A stretch of DNA of 64,000 nucleotides from Carcharhinus amblyrhynchos (lineage: Eukaryota): positions 73,160,001-73,224,000 of the forward strand of contig OZ336875.1 of NCBI GenBank assembly GCA_965287045.1, in the 5' to 3' direction. Both the position numbers and the translations under genes were made by a program. Under the pieces are notes generated by a model. It was given only the letters and a program-made list of their open reading frames with translations. It was not told the DNA's origin and searched no databases. Of the stretch, positions 24,010 to 37,972 are shown in pieces. Positions within the stretch are counted from its first letter, which is position 1. Every line of letters starts with the position of its first letter.

Positions 24010-25515
24010 TTCTGAGAGAAACAAATTTTAGTGAGGAGCTGAAGGAAATTAGCATTAGTAGAGAAATGATTTTGGGGAAATTGTTGGGATTGAGGGTGGA
24101 TAAATCTCCAGGGCCTGAAAATCTCCATCCCAGAGTACTTAAGGAACTGACCTTGGAAATAGTAGATCCAATGGTGGTTATTTTCCGAAGTTCTTTGTAC
24201 TGTGGACTGGTTCCTATGGATTGGAGGGTAGCTAATGTAAGCCTGCTACTCAAAAAGGGAGGAAGAGAAAAAAAAAAATTACAGACCAGTGAGCCTAACG
24301 CAAGTACTGGGGAAGTTGCTAGAGCCCATTATCAAGGATTTCATAACTCAGCATTTGGAAAGCAGTATATAATCAGGCAAAGTCAGCATGGATTTACAAA
24401 GGGGAAATTGTGCTTGACCAATCTATATTGGAATTCTTTGAGGATGTAACTAGTAGAGTTGACCGAGGATGACCAGTGATGTGGTTTATTTAGACTTTCA
24501 ACAAGGTCTCACATAACAGGCTAACAGACTAAAGTCAAAGTACATGGGATTGCAGATAATGTCTTAAGAAAGCTGGTTAGCAGATGTGAAGCCATTTTAA
24601 TGGCTAGTGGGACCACAGGTAATCTGTGCCAGGACCCCAACTATTCACATTACGTATTAATGATTTGGAAGAGGGGACTGAATATATTATCTCCAGATTT
24701 GCAGATGATACAAAGCTAGGTGGGAGGATGAGCTGTGAGGAGGATGCAAAGATGCTTCAGCAGGATTTGGACATGCTGAGAGTGTAGGCATATGGATAGC
24801 AGATGCAGTATAATGTGGATAAATGTAAGGTTATCCACTTTGGTAGCAATAATAGGAAGACATTACTTGAATGGATGTAAATTGAGAGAGGTGGATACTC
24901 AACGAGACCTTCGAGTCTTGCATCAGTCGCTAAAAGTAAGTGCAGGTACAGCAGGGAGTAAAGAAGGCAAATGATATTTTGGCCTTCATAGTGAGAGGAT
25001 TTGATTATAAAGATGGGGATGTTTTGCTGCAATTGTATAGGGCATTGGTGAGGCCACACCTGGAGTATTGTGTGCAATTTTGGTGTCCTTATCTGAGGAA
25101 GGATGCCCTTGCTATCGAGGGAGTGCTGTGAAGCTTTACCAGGCTGATTCCTGGGATAGGAAGTCTGTCATATGAGGAGAGACGAAGTTGGTTAGGATTA
25201 TACTCGCTGGAGTTTTGAAGAGTGAGAGGGGATCTCATAGAAACTTCTAAAATTCTAACAGGGTAGATTCAGAAAGAATGTTGCTGACAATGGAGGAGCC
25301 CAGAACTAGGGATTATAGTTTGAGGATATGGGGTAAACCAAAACATTGGTTTTCAAGAAGAAATTCGATACAGCTCTTGGGGTTAAATGGATCAAGGGAT
25401 ATGGGGGGAAAGGGAGATCAGGATATTGAATTTGATGACCAGCCATGATCATAATGAATGGTGGAGCAGGCTTGAAGGGCTGAATGGCCTACTCTTGCTT
25501 CTAGTTTCTATATGG
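24010..25515 (+). mobile_element. CR1 LINE, 5'-truncated and degraded RT through 3' UTR
   Basis: KSPGPENLHPRVLKEL, QHGFTKGK, FADDTKLGG and RPHLEYCVQFW; 3' UTR gccatgatcataatgaatggtggagcaggcttgaagggctgaatggcctact. Confidence 0.92.
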
Positions 25516-25904
25516 ACAGTAATGTCTATTGCAATAAGAGCGCATTGACATGCACTCAAATAAGCACCTGCAGTGATTAGGTTTTAATTTTACGCATATT
25601 AGAGGAGCAAGCAGCCTACACTTGATTTTAGTATTGCATTAGCTGTTCGAGTATGGCACTGGAAATGAAGATGAATGAGAGTATCGGTGAAGTAATTTGA
25701 AGCAGGAGGATGAGGTTGAATTTCAGAATTTAATCATTAGTGCCTTATAAATAAGTTAGAGGTGTAGTTTAATCTCAGGAAATCTTTTGAATGATCACCG
25801 GAACTTGCGAGTAATTGGTGAGTTTTCATTTTTCTTACCAAATGTATCATCACATATTCCTATTCTTTCAAATTCATCTGTCAATTGTCAGCGGTTTGCC
25901 CATG

Positions 25905-26428
25905 GAGTCATAGAGGTTTACAGCATGAAAGCAGGTCCTTCGGCCCAACTTGTTCATGCCACTCTTTTTTATCACTAGGCTAATTCCAATTGTCTGTGAC
26001 AAAATTGTACCTACTCTTCCTACCTCTAGCAGCTCATTCCAAACACTCATCACCCTCACCAGAGTGTGAAAAAATTGCCATTCTGGACCCTTTTTCATCT
26101 CTCCTTTCTCACTTCAAACCTATGCCCTCTAGTTTTAGACTCTTCCTATCTTTGGGAAAAGACGTTGACTATTTACCTTATCTGTACCTCTCATTATTTT
26201 ATACACCTCTATAAGATCACCCCTTAGCCTCCGACGCCCCAGGAAAATAAGTCCCAGCCTATCCAGCCTCTCCTTATAACTCACCACCAAGTCCTGGTAG
26301 CATCCTAGTAAATCTTTCCTGCACTTTCTTTCTAGTTTAATAATATCCTTTCTATAATAGGGTGACCAAAACTGTACACAGTATTCCAAGTGTAGCCATA
26401 CCATTGCCTTGTACAACTTCAATAATTA
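25905..26428 (-). mobile_element. CR1 3' fragment
   Basis: Translation LHLEYCVQFWSPYYRKDIIKLE..RLRGDLIEVYKIMRG and a 3' UTR. Confidence 0.9.
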
Positions 26429-26529
26429 TGACCTCCTGAAGACAGTTACTACCTTGCTTGTCCTTTACTACATTTTCCAAAGACTTTGAAATTATGTCCC
26501 ATACACCTAAATCCAGGTCATTAATAGAT

Positions 26530-27272
26530 AAACAAACGATGATGCTGGAAATCTGAAATTAAACCAGGAAACACTGGAAATACTGCATCCTGTCCTTCTT
26601 AACCTCCCACCTTCTCACAGTCCACATCACACTCCAGCCTCGAACATCCCTCCCAAATGAACCAGCAATTGTACTTTAAGTTTAGTATACTTCGGTAAAC
26701 TTGGTGTTCTTCATTTTGGAGACTGAACACAGATTAATGGTTATTTTGCAGGACACCTCAGTTCAGTACAAAAGCGTGGCCCTGAGCTTCCAGTCACCTG
26801 TCACTTTAATTCTTCACCTGCCCTTTCTGTCCTGATAGTGTTGCAGTGAAGCTGGAGGAATTGCACCCTAACTGGGTGCTTTACAGCCTTCTGGGCTTAA
26901 CATTGAGTTCACCAATTTTAGATTGCTGGTTTCTTTGATGCTTTTCTTTTTGGCTATTATTTTGTTTTCAGACAACAGCTATCCTGCCATTCCGATTTCC
27001 CTTCGACATGCCTTTTTGTTTTACTTGTCCCACTATAATTTTCTTTTTGATCTTCCATCATGAAGCCTTTTGCCATTTAAGCGTGTTGCCTTTTCTTCTA
27101 TCACAGACCTTCCCTTTTTTCCGCCACCCCATACCCTCAATCTTTCACTTCTTTGAATCCAATTGTATTTCTAACTTTCCAGTTTTGATAGGTCATACAC
27201 TTGAAACATAAATTCCGTTTCTCTCTCTCTCTACCGATGCTACTGGATCTGTTAAGTATTTTCTGCATTTAT
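26530..27272 (+). mobile_element. Degraded Penelope-like element (GIY-YIG remnant) with a short inverted terminal copy
   Basis: ttggagactgaacacagat..ttttgcaggacacctc..ccagtcacctgtcactttaattc corresponds to GET...L..HF..HL..PV..HFN. The two ends are inverted copies of the pLTR end. Confidence 0.65.
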
Positions 27273-27479
27273 CGGAATTCTTTAATATATATGAAAGATC
27301 AAAAAGCAATCTTTTACCAGGACTTTCTGCTTTCTGTCCCTTAGCCAATTTTGTGTCCAAGAAGAATTAAAAGTAGATTTGATTTTGTTGAGAACCTGTT
27401 GTATCAAATTTCAGACCAATGTAATCCTCAATTGAAACCGTTTAAGCTGATGCTGCAGTTGATTTAATTTGATTCAGCT

Positions 27480-28460
27480 GTTTGAGTAGGCTGTTCCACA
27501 AGGGTCAGTGCTGAAGCTTCAGCTTTTTACAATCTGTATTAATACCTTAGTTGAAGGGACTGAGGATAGTGTATCAAAGATCGCAAACAATCCAGAGTTA
27601 ATGGGAATGTAAACAATGAAGAGGGCTCAAGAAACTGTAAATAGATATAAACAGACTAAATGACAACATGGTGGTAGATGGAATGTACTGTAGGGAAGTG
27701 AGGGATTATTCATTTTAGTAGTAAGACCAGCAGAATAATTTTTAAAAGGTGTGAAACTTCCAAGAGATTTGGGTGCACTTATACATGGAATGCAGAATGC
27801 TAGATTGCAAGTGCACCAAACAATTATAAAGCCAGTCGCACTTTTGACCTTGACTGCAAGGGGATTGATGTACAGGAATAAAGACTTGCCACAGTTGAAT
27901 AGGCTTGGATGAGAATACTGCTGGTAAACTGCACGTAGTTTTGGTCTCCAGATTTAAGTAAAGATGTACTTGCATTGGAGGCAGTACAACAAAGGTTCAC
28001 TAGATTGCTTCCTATGAATGCTAAAGACTGAGATAGATAAATTTCTGGTTCTCGGAATTAAGGGATACATGCAGACATATTAATTAAAGCAAGAATGAGC
28101 CATGCAGCCTGTCAAGCCTGCTCTGCCATGGTTGATCTGATGGTGGCCTCAACTCGACTTTCCTGTCTATCACCTATACTCTTCGACCCTTGAATCTTAT
28201 TCAATGACGCTTCCTCCACTATTTTCTGGAGAAGAGAAATCCACAGACCAATGACCCTCCATGAGAATTACTCCTCATCAGCGGGCAACCTCTTTTTTTT
28301 TTTAACTGTCTCCCAGTCTAGGAACTATTCTCCCAGCATCCATTCTGTCAATTCCCTTCAAAATCTTGTATGTTTCAATAAGATCACCCCTCATTCATTC
28401 AAACTCCAATGAGTAAAGGTTCAACATGAAATAGGTAGTGGGTGAGAAAGTGGAATTGAC
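27480..28460 (+). mobile_element. Old CR1 RT fragment with a nested minus-strand CR1 3' piece (about 28090-28428)
   Basis: gttccacaagggtcagtgctg (VPQGSVL) and downstream RT remnants, followed by a reverse-oriented CR1 3' UTR. Confidence 0.65.
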
Positions 28461-28581
28461 CTTGATATACTTGTACTTATTTGTTGGATTTGGTCACCTG
28501 CATATTGTAGAAATTAATCAATGGCATGAAAATCAGATAAGATATAGAATGGGTATGGAATCTGCTCTTCCATGTTAGTAT

Positions 28582-29305
28582 TGTCAGGATGCTGGACTAG
28601 AACCCCAAGTTACCTTAGGACACCAGACTAGACCCAACAATTTTTCTATGTTGGCATAAATTGAATGTTTTGCTGCAGGAGTAATTCCACTGACAAATTA
28701 GAGATATTTTCTCATAAAACAAACTTTATTTAATAATAGTTTAAAAATAACTCCAATAAATGAAGAAGTTTAACTTAAGTTGAACAGTATTTACAAATGA
28801 AAAGGAAACAACATTAAGTTCTAACTTATTGCTGTTTCAGTTCCAAATAAACAACATTCATCTTAGACACTTAAATGTCAATTTAAATACACAGTTAGCT
28901 ACCATAAATATACTTGCAATAATGAGTGTAGACAGCCATGAGGCTTTCAGAGAGAAAATGAGTTTCAGAGCAGCTTAAAGAAACCTCTGCCTTAAAACAA
29001 CTCCTAGCTAGAACTGCAAAAGCCTATTTCTCTCTGCTACAGATCCAGCTCTGCACAAAAGCCACATCATCATCTTCACATGACTGTCAATCACTGTAAT
29101 CAGAAATCCCAGGGAAAATTAAGTGAACAAAAGTCTTTTAACTCTACTTAGCATAAACACTTGCAAGCCTGAAATAAATAATTATCCTGGTCTCTCAGCA
29201 TCTAAGGTGCATTCCTACCAGATATACCGACCACTTGCAGAATAAAGCAGGTTTTTAAAACATTCCCCTTAAACATAAAAATACACATATACTACTATCG
29301 TCACA
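28582..29305. mobile_element. Possible solo LTR (TG...CA)
   Basis: Starts tgtcagg and ends gtcaca, with a minus-strand aataaa. No clear TSD, so the call is weak. Confidence 0.3.
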
Positions 29306-30869
29306 CTCTCCAAATGACGATGTGCAAAATGCCCTAAAATCTTTAGCTTTTCACTATAGAAGTGTTATGGACAGGAGAGGGGGGTAATTTAGCCTTTACT
29401 TCTCCTATCACCACCCATCTATAAACAGACAGTGTTTTGATTTGCATCCTGCTTTGTAAGCTGTGCCATGTTTCCCAACTACTCGGTTTTAGTGTGATCC
29501 AATTTTCTATTAACACATTAAAGTCACTTAAGCTTAATTCAGAAGGTTAAGTTTATTTGCACATATTCACGATGTGGGTACAGAGAAAAGAATAATGTTT
29601 CAAATCCAGAATTAAAATCCAACAGAGATTTCAAAGGTTGGCAGACTGCAAACCAATACTGTATAATTCACCTTTCTAGTGGAATTGACTTTACACAAGG
29701 TGATGAGCATGCAAAGATGTATCAGTCTTGTAGGCAATGGTACAGAAGTTCCAGTAGAAACAGTATAGATGGGGCTTGATATTCAGCCTGGGCTGAGCCC
29801 CTTTGCTGTGCTGCTGCTTGGAGATGGTAAAAATGTCAGACTGAAGTTTTTTCAGTATAGCAAGGCAATTTTACTAGTCATACAAGCTGGAGGATTCCAT
29901 GCCACAAAACTCCCACCTCTTCACATTGCCTTTGATCTGCCTAGGTTCTAGAGATGGTTAAATTTTTCAGCCAGTAAGACTTGAAAGAAAGGTTGTGGGG
30001 TCCTTTAGTCCTCCTGTTGGCCAGGCCCAGTTTATGAACTGCAGATGGCATTTGAGTTGTTCGTTTTGAATTTGGTCTCTGCAGCCCACAAGAGTCAGTT
30101 GTGTCTCTTCAGAGCAAACAAGGTGTGGGTTTCTCTGATCCTGCCAGAAAGCTCCATCTGTTTGTCACAGTATGTATGTCATAGACAGACATAGCTTCAG
30201 ATAATTAAAAAGCAGTTCAGTTTTTAAAGTTTTAGAAATTAGCCGTAATGTTATCTATATGTTATAAGCATGTATAGTGTAAGCTCAGCAATGCTGATCT
30301 AACAGTTGGGAATGTAAACCTGATGGTTTTTCTCTTTTGCTGTGACCATCCCCTCTTTATTAATGATTGAACTTGCTTGTTCTTCAGGTTAGGGTGTGCT
30401 ACTCATTTGGGCGAAAAAAAGTATAGAAAGTAATGTTGAAACAAGGATTTGTGACTCAACCGTGACAGTTGAATGTATAGTTGAACATGCCAGAAATTTG
30501 GTGAAGTAGTTGCAAATCAGAGATTCTGATGGACTTGGCAACAGGTGAGAGTTACTTAATAGTATTTTGTTTATGTGTGACAAGTGAGAAAATGGGTGTG
30601 CTTCAGCAGAATGCTGTGTTGTCTACTATCATTTGGTATTCCTTGCTCTGCTTTAATAAGAGAAAAGCAGATGTTGATTGGGGTGAGGTGGCCTTTGGAA
30701 CAATTTGATCAAACTTTCAATTATAAGGATTGGTCATCATTCTGTTCTGAAGATGACGGCATATAAATCTGAAGTAATTGTTAATAGTGGACAAAAGCTG
30801 CAATACTGCCACCATAGCTTCTGGATCAACCTTGCACAGCATTTAGTCCATGATTCCTGAGCCAAATTT

Positions 30870-31740
30870 GTGAGAAGTGAAAACAGGTAATTTTGGAAAG
30901 TTGCAGGGCCAGTCTGGCAGCATCAATGGAGGGAAACAGAATTAACTTTTTGAGTTCATGTGACTTTTCATTAGAGCTGAAGAGAGGTAGAAATGTGATG
31001 GGTTTTGTGTTGAGTGGCAGGGGGTGAGGGGGATGGTGGAGCAAAAGGTCAGTAACAGGTTGGAGCTCAGGGAAGATGAAATGAAAATGATATCATAGTT
31101 ACAAAAGTTCACAGTCTGAAGTTGTTGAACTCAAATGTTCAATTACAGAAGGTAAAGTGCCTAGTTGGAAGATGATGTGCTGTTCTTCCATTTTGCGTTG
31201 GGCTTCACTGGAACATTGTAGTAGTCCGAGGATGGAAATGTGAGCATAAGAGCAAGATAGTGAATTGAAATAGCAAATGACAGAAAGGTCGAGATCATGC
31301 TTATGGACAGAGTGAAGGTGTTTTGTAAAGTGGTCACCTAGTCTATAATTAGTCCCTTCAGTGGCAAGATGACCACATGGTGAGCAGTATATATAGTAGA
31401 CTAAATTGAAAGGTGTGCAAGCGAATTGCTGCTTCACCTCAAAGGACTGTTTGGGGCTTTGGATGGTGAGGAGGTAAAGGGGCAGATGTTACCGCTCCCA
31501 TGATTGCATGAGCGGTAAGAGGTTGGGAAGTGATACAAGAGTGGACCAGAGTCCCTCAGAGAGAATGATCCTTATAGAATGCTAACAGGGAAAATGAGGG
31601 GAATGTGTGTTTGGTGGTGGTACCATGCTGGAGTCGGCGGAAATGGGTGGAAGTTGATTCTTTAAATGCAGAGGCTGGTGGGGTAGAAAAAAAGGACAAG
31701 GGAAATCCTATCATGGTAGTAAGGGAGGGGAAGGTTTGTA
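30870..31740 (-). mobile_element. Penelope-like element 3' part (GIY-YIG and pLTR); continues at 35480-35750
   Basis: Translation FACTPFNLVYYIYCSPCG..RLGDHFTKHL..SEAQRKMEEQHIIFQLGTL, with upstream DRISLVLFFYPTSL. Confidence 0.85.
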
Positions 31741-31744
31741 CCAA

Positions 31745-34700
31745 AGTGCTGTTTTTGGAGTTTGGTAAGTGAAGTTAATTTTGATCTAAGAGAACTAAAA
31801 GTTGCTCTTTGGGTTGGGAAGGTGAGTTTTAGTCCACCTTTAAACAAGGATTATATGGGCTCTGCATGCAACTACTAATAGTTAATCAGACAACTGGCTT
31901 AAACAGGTTTTCAGAAGCTAGCTTAAGGGATCAGACAAGCAGGCTTCAATACTGCTGCTTTTGTCTGCACTGCAGTCTGCTTTGGGCTGCATCAGAGTGC
32001 TCCAGTTGGAGCTTGGTGAAGAGGGGAAGAAGGTGCTCTTTTCTTCTATGCTTCCTCAGAAAGAAGAGAGGCGGCCTTGGTAATTAGGACCTGGTGAGTA
32101 TTTCTACTGTCCTTGACATGCTGTACACTAGAAGTAAAAAGAAAGGGAGTAATTGAAGGGTGAGGATTGGTAGGACAGTTTGTGATAGTTTGGTCACAAG
32201 GAATGCTTCTACTTTGTAATGTGGAACGTCCAAGAACACTTCCCAGTGTCCAGGGTGACCATGTGTGCAGGAAGTGTCTCCAGCTGCAGCTACTCTGAGT
32301 ATTCTAAATTCATGTTTTGGGGCTGGAGTCGCTGTGGAGTGATGAAATCTTCATGTATAGCGCATACAGTGAGGTGGTCAAAAAACAGGTAAGGAGACAT
32401 GAAGGAAAAGGATGACCATTAGAAGAGTAAAAACAACTAGATAAATAGTGCAGGAGTCCCCTGGGTCTAATTCCTCTCTGGGATTTTTGTTTTGGATACT
32501 GCTGGAGGAAATGGATTCTCAGAGGAATGCAGCAAGAGCCAAATCCATGAATGGCCAACAGCAAGGGTGGTGGGGGATTCTATTATAAGGGGGACAGATG
32601 GACATTTCTGTGGCTGCAGATCTCTCACCAGGATAGTATGTTGGCTCACTGGTGCCAGGTCAAGAATATCACTGAGTGGTTGCAGGACATTCTGAAGGAG
32701 AAGGGTGAATAGTCACAGTTGACTTCCATATCGATACCAATGGCACAAGTGAAAGAGGGATTAGATCCTGAAAGCAGAATGTATGGAGTTAGGAAATTAA
32801 AGCAAGACCTCAAAGGTCGTAATCTTAGAAATACTCCCAGTACCACATGCTGGTGAGATCAGGAATAGGAGAACAGACTAGCGTGGCAAGTGATGGTATA
32901 GGAGGGAGCGATTTGGATCCCTGACACATTGTGACCAGTGCTGGGGAAAATGGGATCGGTCCAAGCTGGACAGGTTGCTTCCCAGCAGGATTGGGACTAA
33001 TATCCTCACGGACATTGGCGAGTACTGTGAGGAGAGTGGCAAGGGGATGGGAACCTGAGCAGGGGGTCACAAGGGAGGGAAACACTGAAAAATTAAGCAC
33101 TATAAAAAGCAAACGTAGTATCAAAGTAAACAAGGTTGAGCAGCAAATAGGGCCATAGTACAAAAATACGAAAAAAGACAAGTCTAAAGAATCACTGAGT
33201 CCTTACAGTGCAGAAGGAGGCCATTCAGCTCGTTTGAGACTGCACCAACAACAATCCCACCCAGGCCCTATCCTCGTAACCTCATAAAACAAACTTTATT
33301 TAATAATAGTTTAAAAATAACTCCAATAAATGAAGAAGTTTAACTTAAGTTGAACAGTATTTACAAATGAAAAGGACCTTGCCAGTCCCCTCACACTAAG
33401 GGGCAATTTAGCATGTCTAATCAACATAAGCTTTATATCTAGGACTGTGGGAGGAAACTTGAGCACCTGGAGGAAACCCATGCAAACATGGGAGAATGTG
33501 CAAACTACACACAGTCACCTGGAGCCGGAATTAAACAGCAGTGCTAACCACTGTGCCAGCATGCTGCCCGTAAAGGCTCTATATCCAAATGCGCAGAGTA
33601 TTCATAAGGTGGATGAATTAACAGTGCAAATAGATGTAAGCGTTCCTGACATGATTGTGATTATGGAGATCTAGCTGCAGGATGACCAAATCTGGGAAGT
33701 GAATACACAAAAGTATTTGATATTTAGGAAAGACAGGCAAAAAGGGAAAGGAGATGGATGGTGTTGTTCATTAAGGACGAAGTCACTGAGGATATTGACT
33801 CAGAAAATCTAAATATGGAATCAGTCTGGGTGATGCTAAAAAGCAATGGTGTGACTTGTCCATCAGCTATCAACCAGTATTACTGAGGTTGGAGATGGTA
33901 TTAAACAGGAAATTAGAGATGCAGATTGGAGAGTGCCAAATATAATCCCACTAAAAAGAGGGAGGGAGGAAACAGGGAATTATAGACCAGTTGGCCTAAC
34001 ATCTGTAGCAGCAAAAATACTGGAATAAAGGATTGGATAACAGGACACTTAGAATATATCACCTGAATTAGACAAAATAAACTTGGTTTTATGAAAGGGA
34101 GATCATATTTGATAAACCTACTTCAATTTTTTTGGTGATGTAACTAGTAGAATAATTGAGGAAGAACCAATGGATGTGGTGAATTTTGATTTTCAGGAAG
34201 CTTTTGATAAAAGCGCCATAAGTTGGTGTGCAAAATTAAAGCATATATGACTCGGAGAAATACATTGGCATAGTTTGAGAATTGGTTAGCATGCAGAAAA
34301 CAGAGAATGAATAAATGGGTATTTTTCTATGTCACAAGTAGTGACTGGTGGGACCAGTGTTGGACCCCATGTTTTCATAATACGCGTCAATGATCTGGAT
34401 GAGGGAACCACGTTTAATATTTCCAAGTTTGCTAATGGCATGAAACTTGATGGAAATGTGTGTGGTGAAGTGGATGTTAAGAGGCTTCAAAGCGAATTAG
34501 ACAAGTTGATTGGGTGGGCAATTACATGGCAAATGCAGTATAACATGGATGAATGTGAAGTTATCCATTTTGTGAGGGAAAACAATAGCAGAGTATGATT
34601 TAAGTGATGATTGGGAAATGTTGATCTACAAAGGGACCTGGGTGTCTTTATCGCCAATCACTGAAAGCAAGCATACAAGTGCAGCAAGTAATTAGGAGGG

Positions 34701-35100
34701 CAAATAGTGTGTTGGCTCTCATTGTAAGAAGACTCGAATACAGGAGCAGAGATATCTTACTGCAGCTGTACAGGGCATTGGTGAAACCATACCTGGACAA
34801 TATTGTGTGCAGTTTTTCATTCGGGGGGGGAAGTCCGGGTCTAAAACAAAGGGTTGCAGTTTCAGGGCTGAAATGATGAGAAATTTCTTCACTGAATGGT
34901 GAACCTGTGGAATTCTCTAGCACAGAGGACCACTGAGGGACAAGCCACTGAATATATTTAAGAAGGAAATACTAATATTTCTAGAAGTGAAAAGAGTCTA
35001 CGCGAGTGGGAAGAGTGACAGTATGATGTTGAGATGGAGGATGATCATATCTCAAAGGGACGAATAACCTTCTCCATCTCCTATTTTCAATGTTTCCGAG
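31745..35100 (+). mobile_element. Near full-length but degraded CR1 (5' UTR, ORF1 zinc finger and esterase, deleted ORF2, 3' UTR) nested in the Penelope element
   Basis: DHVCRKCLQLQL and VVGDSIIRGTDGHFCG (ORF1); LYPNAQSIHKVDEL (endonuclease start); DLDEGT..ISKFAN and LLQLYRALVKPYL (RT). Confidence 0.85.
33186..33570 (-). mobile_element. HE1-type V-SINE carrying a 96-bp templated insertion
   Basis: Reverse-complement SINE tail, V-domain and head; 33281-33376 is foreign sequence. Confidence 0.85.
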
Positions 35101-35114
35101 AGCAGAAATATCAT

Positions 35115-35476
35115 ATAATAGAATCCCGTAGGTCCATAGAATCTCTCCAGTACAGAAAGAGGCCATCTGGCCCATCAAGTATACACTGACGCTCTGAAAG
35201 AGTATCCCACCCAGGCCTCCCTCCACCCTATCCCTGTAAACCTATGCATTTACCATGGCTAATCGACCTAACCTACACATCTTTGGACACTAAGGGGCAA
35301 TTCAACATGGCCTATTCACCTCTTTGGACTGTGGGAGGAAACTGGACTACCCAGAGCAAACCCACACAGACACCGAGAGAATGCACAAACTACCCATACA
35401 ATCACCAAAGCTGGAATTGAACCCTGGTCCATGGCGTTGTGAGGCAGCAGTGCAAACCACTGTGCAACCATGCCAT
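35115..35476 (-). mobile_element. HE1-type V-SINE with CR1-type tail
   Basis: Complete head, V-domain and tail on the minus strand. Confidence 0.88.
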
Positions 35477-35479
35477 CTT

Positions 35480-35750
35480 GACGAGTTGCAGGAAATGGGT
35501 CAGAGATGGTTAAGAGCCTTGTAAACCACATGGTTTGGGAACCTAGGCTCAGAGAAAATGAAGACATGTCAGAAGTACCTTTGTGGAAGGCAGCATCATT
35601 GGAATGGAAATGATGTGACCGGGATGGAGAAACTGGGGGAATGTGATGGAGTCCTTACTGAAAGCAGGGTTTAAGGAATTATAGTTGAGGTAACTGTGGG
35701 AATTGGGCTTGTAATGAATATTGGTAGGCAGTCTATCATCAGAAATGGTG
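35480..35750 (-). mobile_element. Penelope RT C-terminal fragment
   Basis: Minus-strand remnant DDRLPTNIHYKP..KDSITFPQFLH..SNDAAFHKGTSDMSSF is collinear with 30870-31740. Confidence 0.75.
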
Positions 35751-37654
35751 AAACTGTAAGGACATTGTAAAGATTATTTGTAGTTTTATTTATCAGCACT
35801 TTTTCCTCCCTTGTTAAAAAATTTTTCCACGTACTTTTTAAAACTTAATGTAAATCATATTGTATGAATAATATAAATTCTCCTTTTGAACTTTTTGGTA
35901 GGGAATTCCAGGCCTTAAGGGTGCCTTAAAGCATTTCTATATTCCCTTTTGATAACTTAAGTATGTGCTCTCTATTTACAAACCCACCAACCTTTGGAAA
36001 TAGTTAAACCAAATCATTTATTCAAACGCATCAATTTTGAATACACCTATCAGGACATCTCTATTTCACTTTCTCTTGTCTCACTTTAAAATCAAAACTT
36101 CTCATCCATGGTGTTGCAGTAGTAATCTGTTTTGTAAAATCCTGTCCCTGAGACTTCTGTGCCAAAGTCGGATGTACAATATTGCACACCATATTCTAAA
36201 CAGTGATTTTTATGAGTTCAATGTTATCTCTTTGGTTACGTACTCTGTTTTGCTCTTCACAAAATAGAGCGTCCCATGTGTTTTTCTGCCCTCCACAGAT
36301 ATAGCGACAAAGTCTTTTCACTTTTAAACAGCTGTTTGCCTAATTCTCTTAAGTTTTTTTGCACTTGTATTATGGAATCTTCCAGTGCTACAGAAGTCCA
36401 GTTTGAAATGGGTCCTGGAGGAAATTTAGAAGTGAGGGCATTGGGTTGGTGCTCCAATACAGTCCCGCCTCTGGGAAACCTTGTCAAAAGTGGGTCATCA
36501 CTAGTAATGTTTACCCAGTTGGTAGTGAGTACTGAATTTGAATATTTAAGTGTTCGTTTGTGGGTTGAATAGGGACACCAGGATGTTTACAGCAGTGCCA
36601 GGACCCCACTGAGGCCAGAGCCGGATGGGGGGGGCGGGGCTGATGACCAGTGATTCTTTCTTTTACTCCCCTCCCACCAGAGTAACATGAGGCCGCAGAC
36701 CAGAGCAAGATCTGTCTGCCATCCACGAGAGGGGTTGCGCCTATATAGAGGTGGCCAGGCAGTACTGGCCACAGGCAGATTTTTGAAAAAGTTCAAACCT
36801 CCTCGAAGTGCACTTGAAGATGGAGGTACTCTTGCAGTTCCTATACTGCAGAGACGATACCTGTCTCTGATGAGGCTGGCATCATTTCAAGATAGCCCTG
36901 CTTGCACCTGTAGCCTCTGGAACCTATTCTCGTCCTTAATTCGGTAGAACAATTTGTAAACAAGGATGAAGATTTTAAAACCAAGCTGTTTCCTAACCAC
37001 GTCAGTGTGGGAGGTAACCAAGTGAAAATGCATGTAGTAAGTGTGACTGCTCGAGGTTGAAGTGCAGCACAGGATAGTATCTTCGGCACATTAGTTCTGC
37101 AAGTGTGATAATTACTGTTCACGGGCCTTTTTCCCTTTTTCCTCCTTTTTTCAAAACTATATGCTTCTATGTCAAATGGAGGATGAAGAAGAGTTGGGAT
37201 GTGGAGAAGCGTAAATCTCTTGTCCTGTTACCTAACTCAACTGTCCAGAGATTGATTCTGGACCTGTGCTTTCTGGGGTGAACTGCCTATTATTTTATTT
37301 TAATTGAGACGGTTTACATCACTCCTGATTAGGAATCTAGCCTTTTTGAAGAAGGGAGCAAAATTGCATTGTGCTCAAGAATAATTTTTTTTGGTGACGA
37401 TGCAAGTTGCCTACTTTTATTGGTTATTGTATACCATTTGTCATCCTGCTACAATTAGTCCATGATAATATATGCAGCTACGTGCAACCTTTTACACAAG
37501 GAGACTACTTTATTTTCCAAAGGAAACATGCAGTTAGATACTGGCCAGTGAAAAATCTGCTGGTAATATGCTCTTTCGATATCACACTCCTGAACAACAG
37601 GTCTGACGTACTCTATATGTTGACATTCCTTAGCAATTGAAAATGATACTTTTG

Positions 37655-37972
37655 ATTTAGTAAAGCTTATTTATTAATGGAACAAGTAGCATACATTAAC
37701 ACTGCAATGAAGTTACTGTGAAAATCCCTTAGTCGCCACATTCTGGCACTTATTCGGGTACACTGAGGGAAAATTTAGCATGGCCAATGCACCTAACCAG
37801 CATGTCTTTCAAACTGTGGGAGGAAACTGGAGCACCCAGAAAAATCCCACGTAGACATTGTGAGAATGTGCAGACACCGCACAGACAGTGACCCAAGCTG
37901 GGAATTGAACCTGGGTCCCTGGCGCTGAGAGGCAGCAGTGCTAACCACTATCCCACCGTGTGTGCCACCCCA
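37655..37972 (-). mobile_element. V-SINE with alternative (probably L2-type) tail, flanked by ~67-bp direct repeats
   Basis: Same head and V-domain as HE1, but the tail reads ..gattttcacagtaacttcattgcagtgttaatgt..cttgt..aataaataa. Confidence 0.85.
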
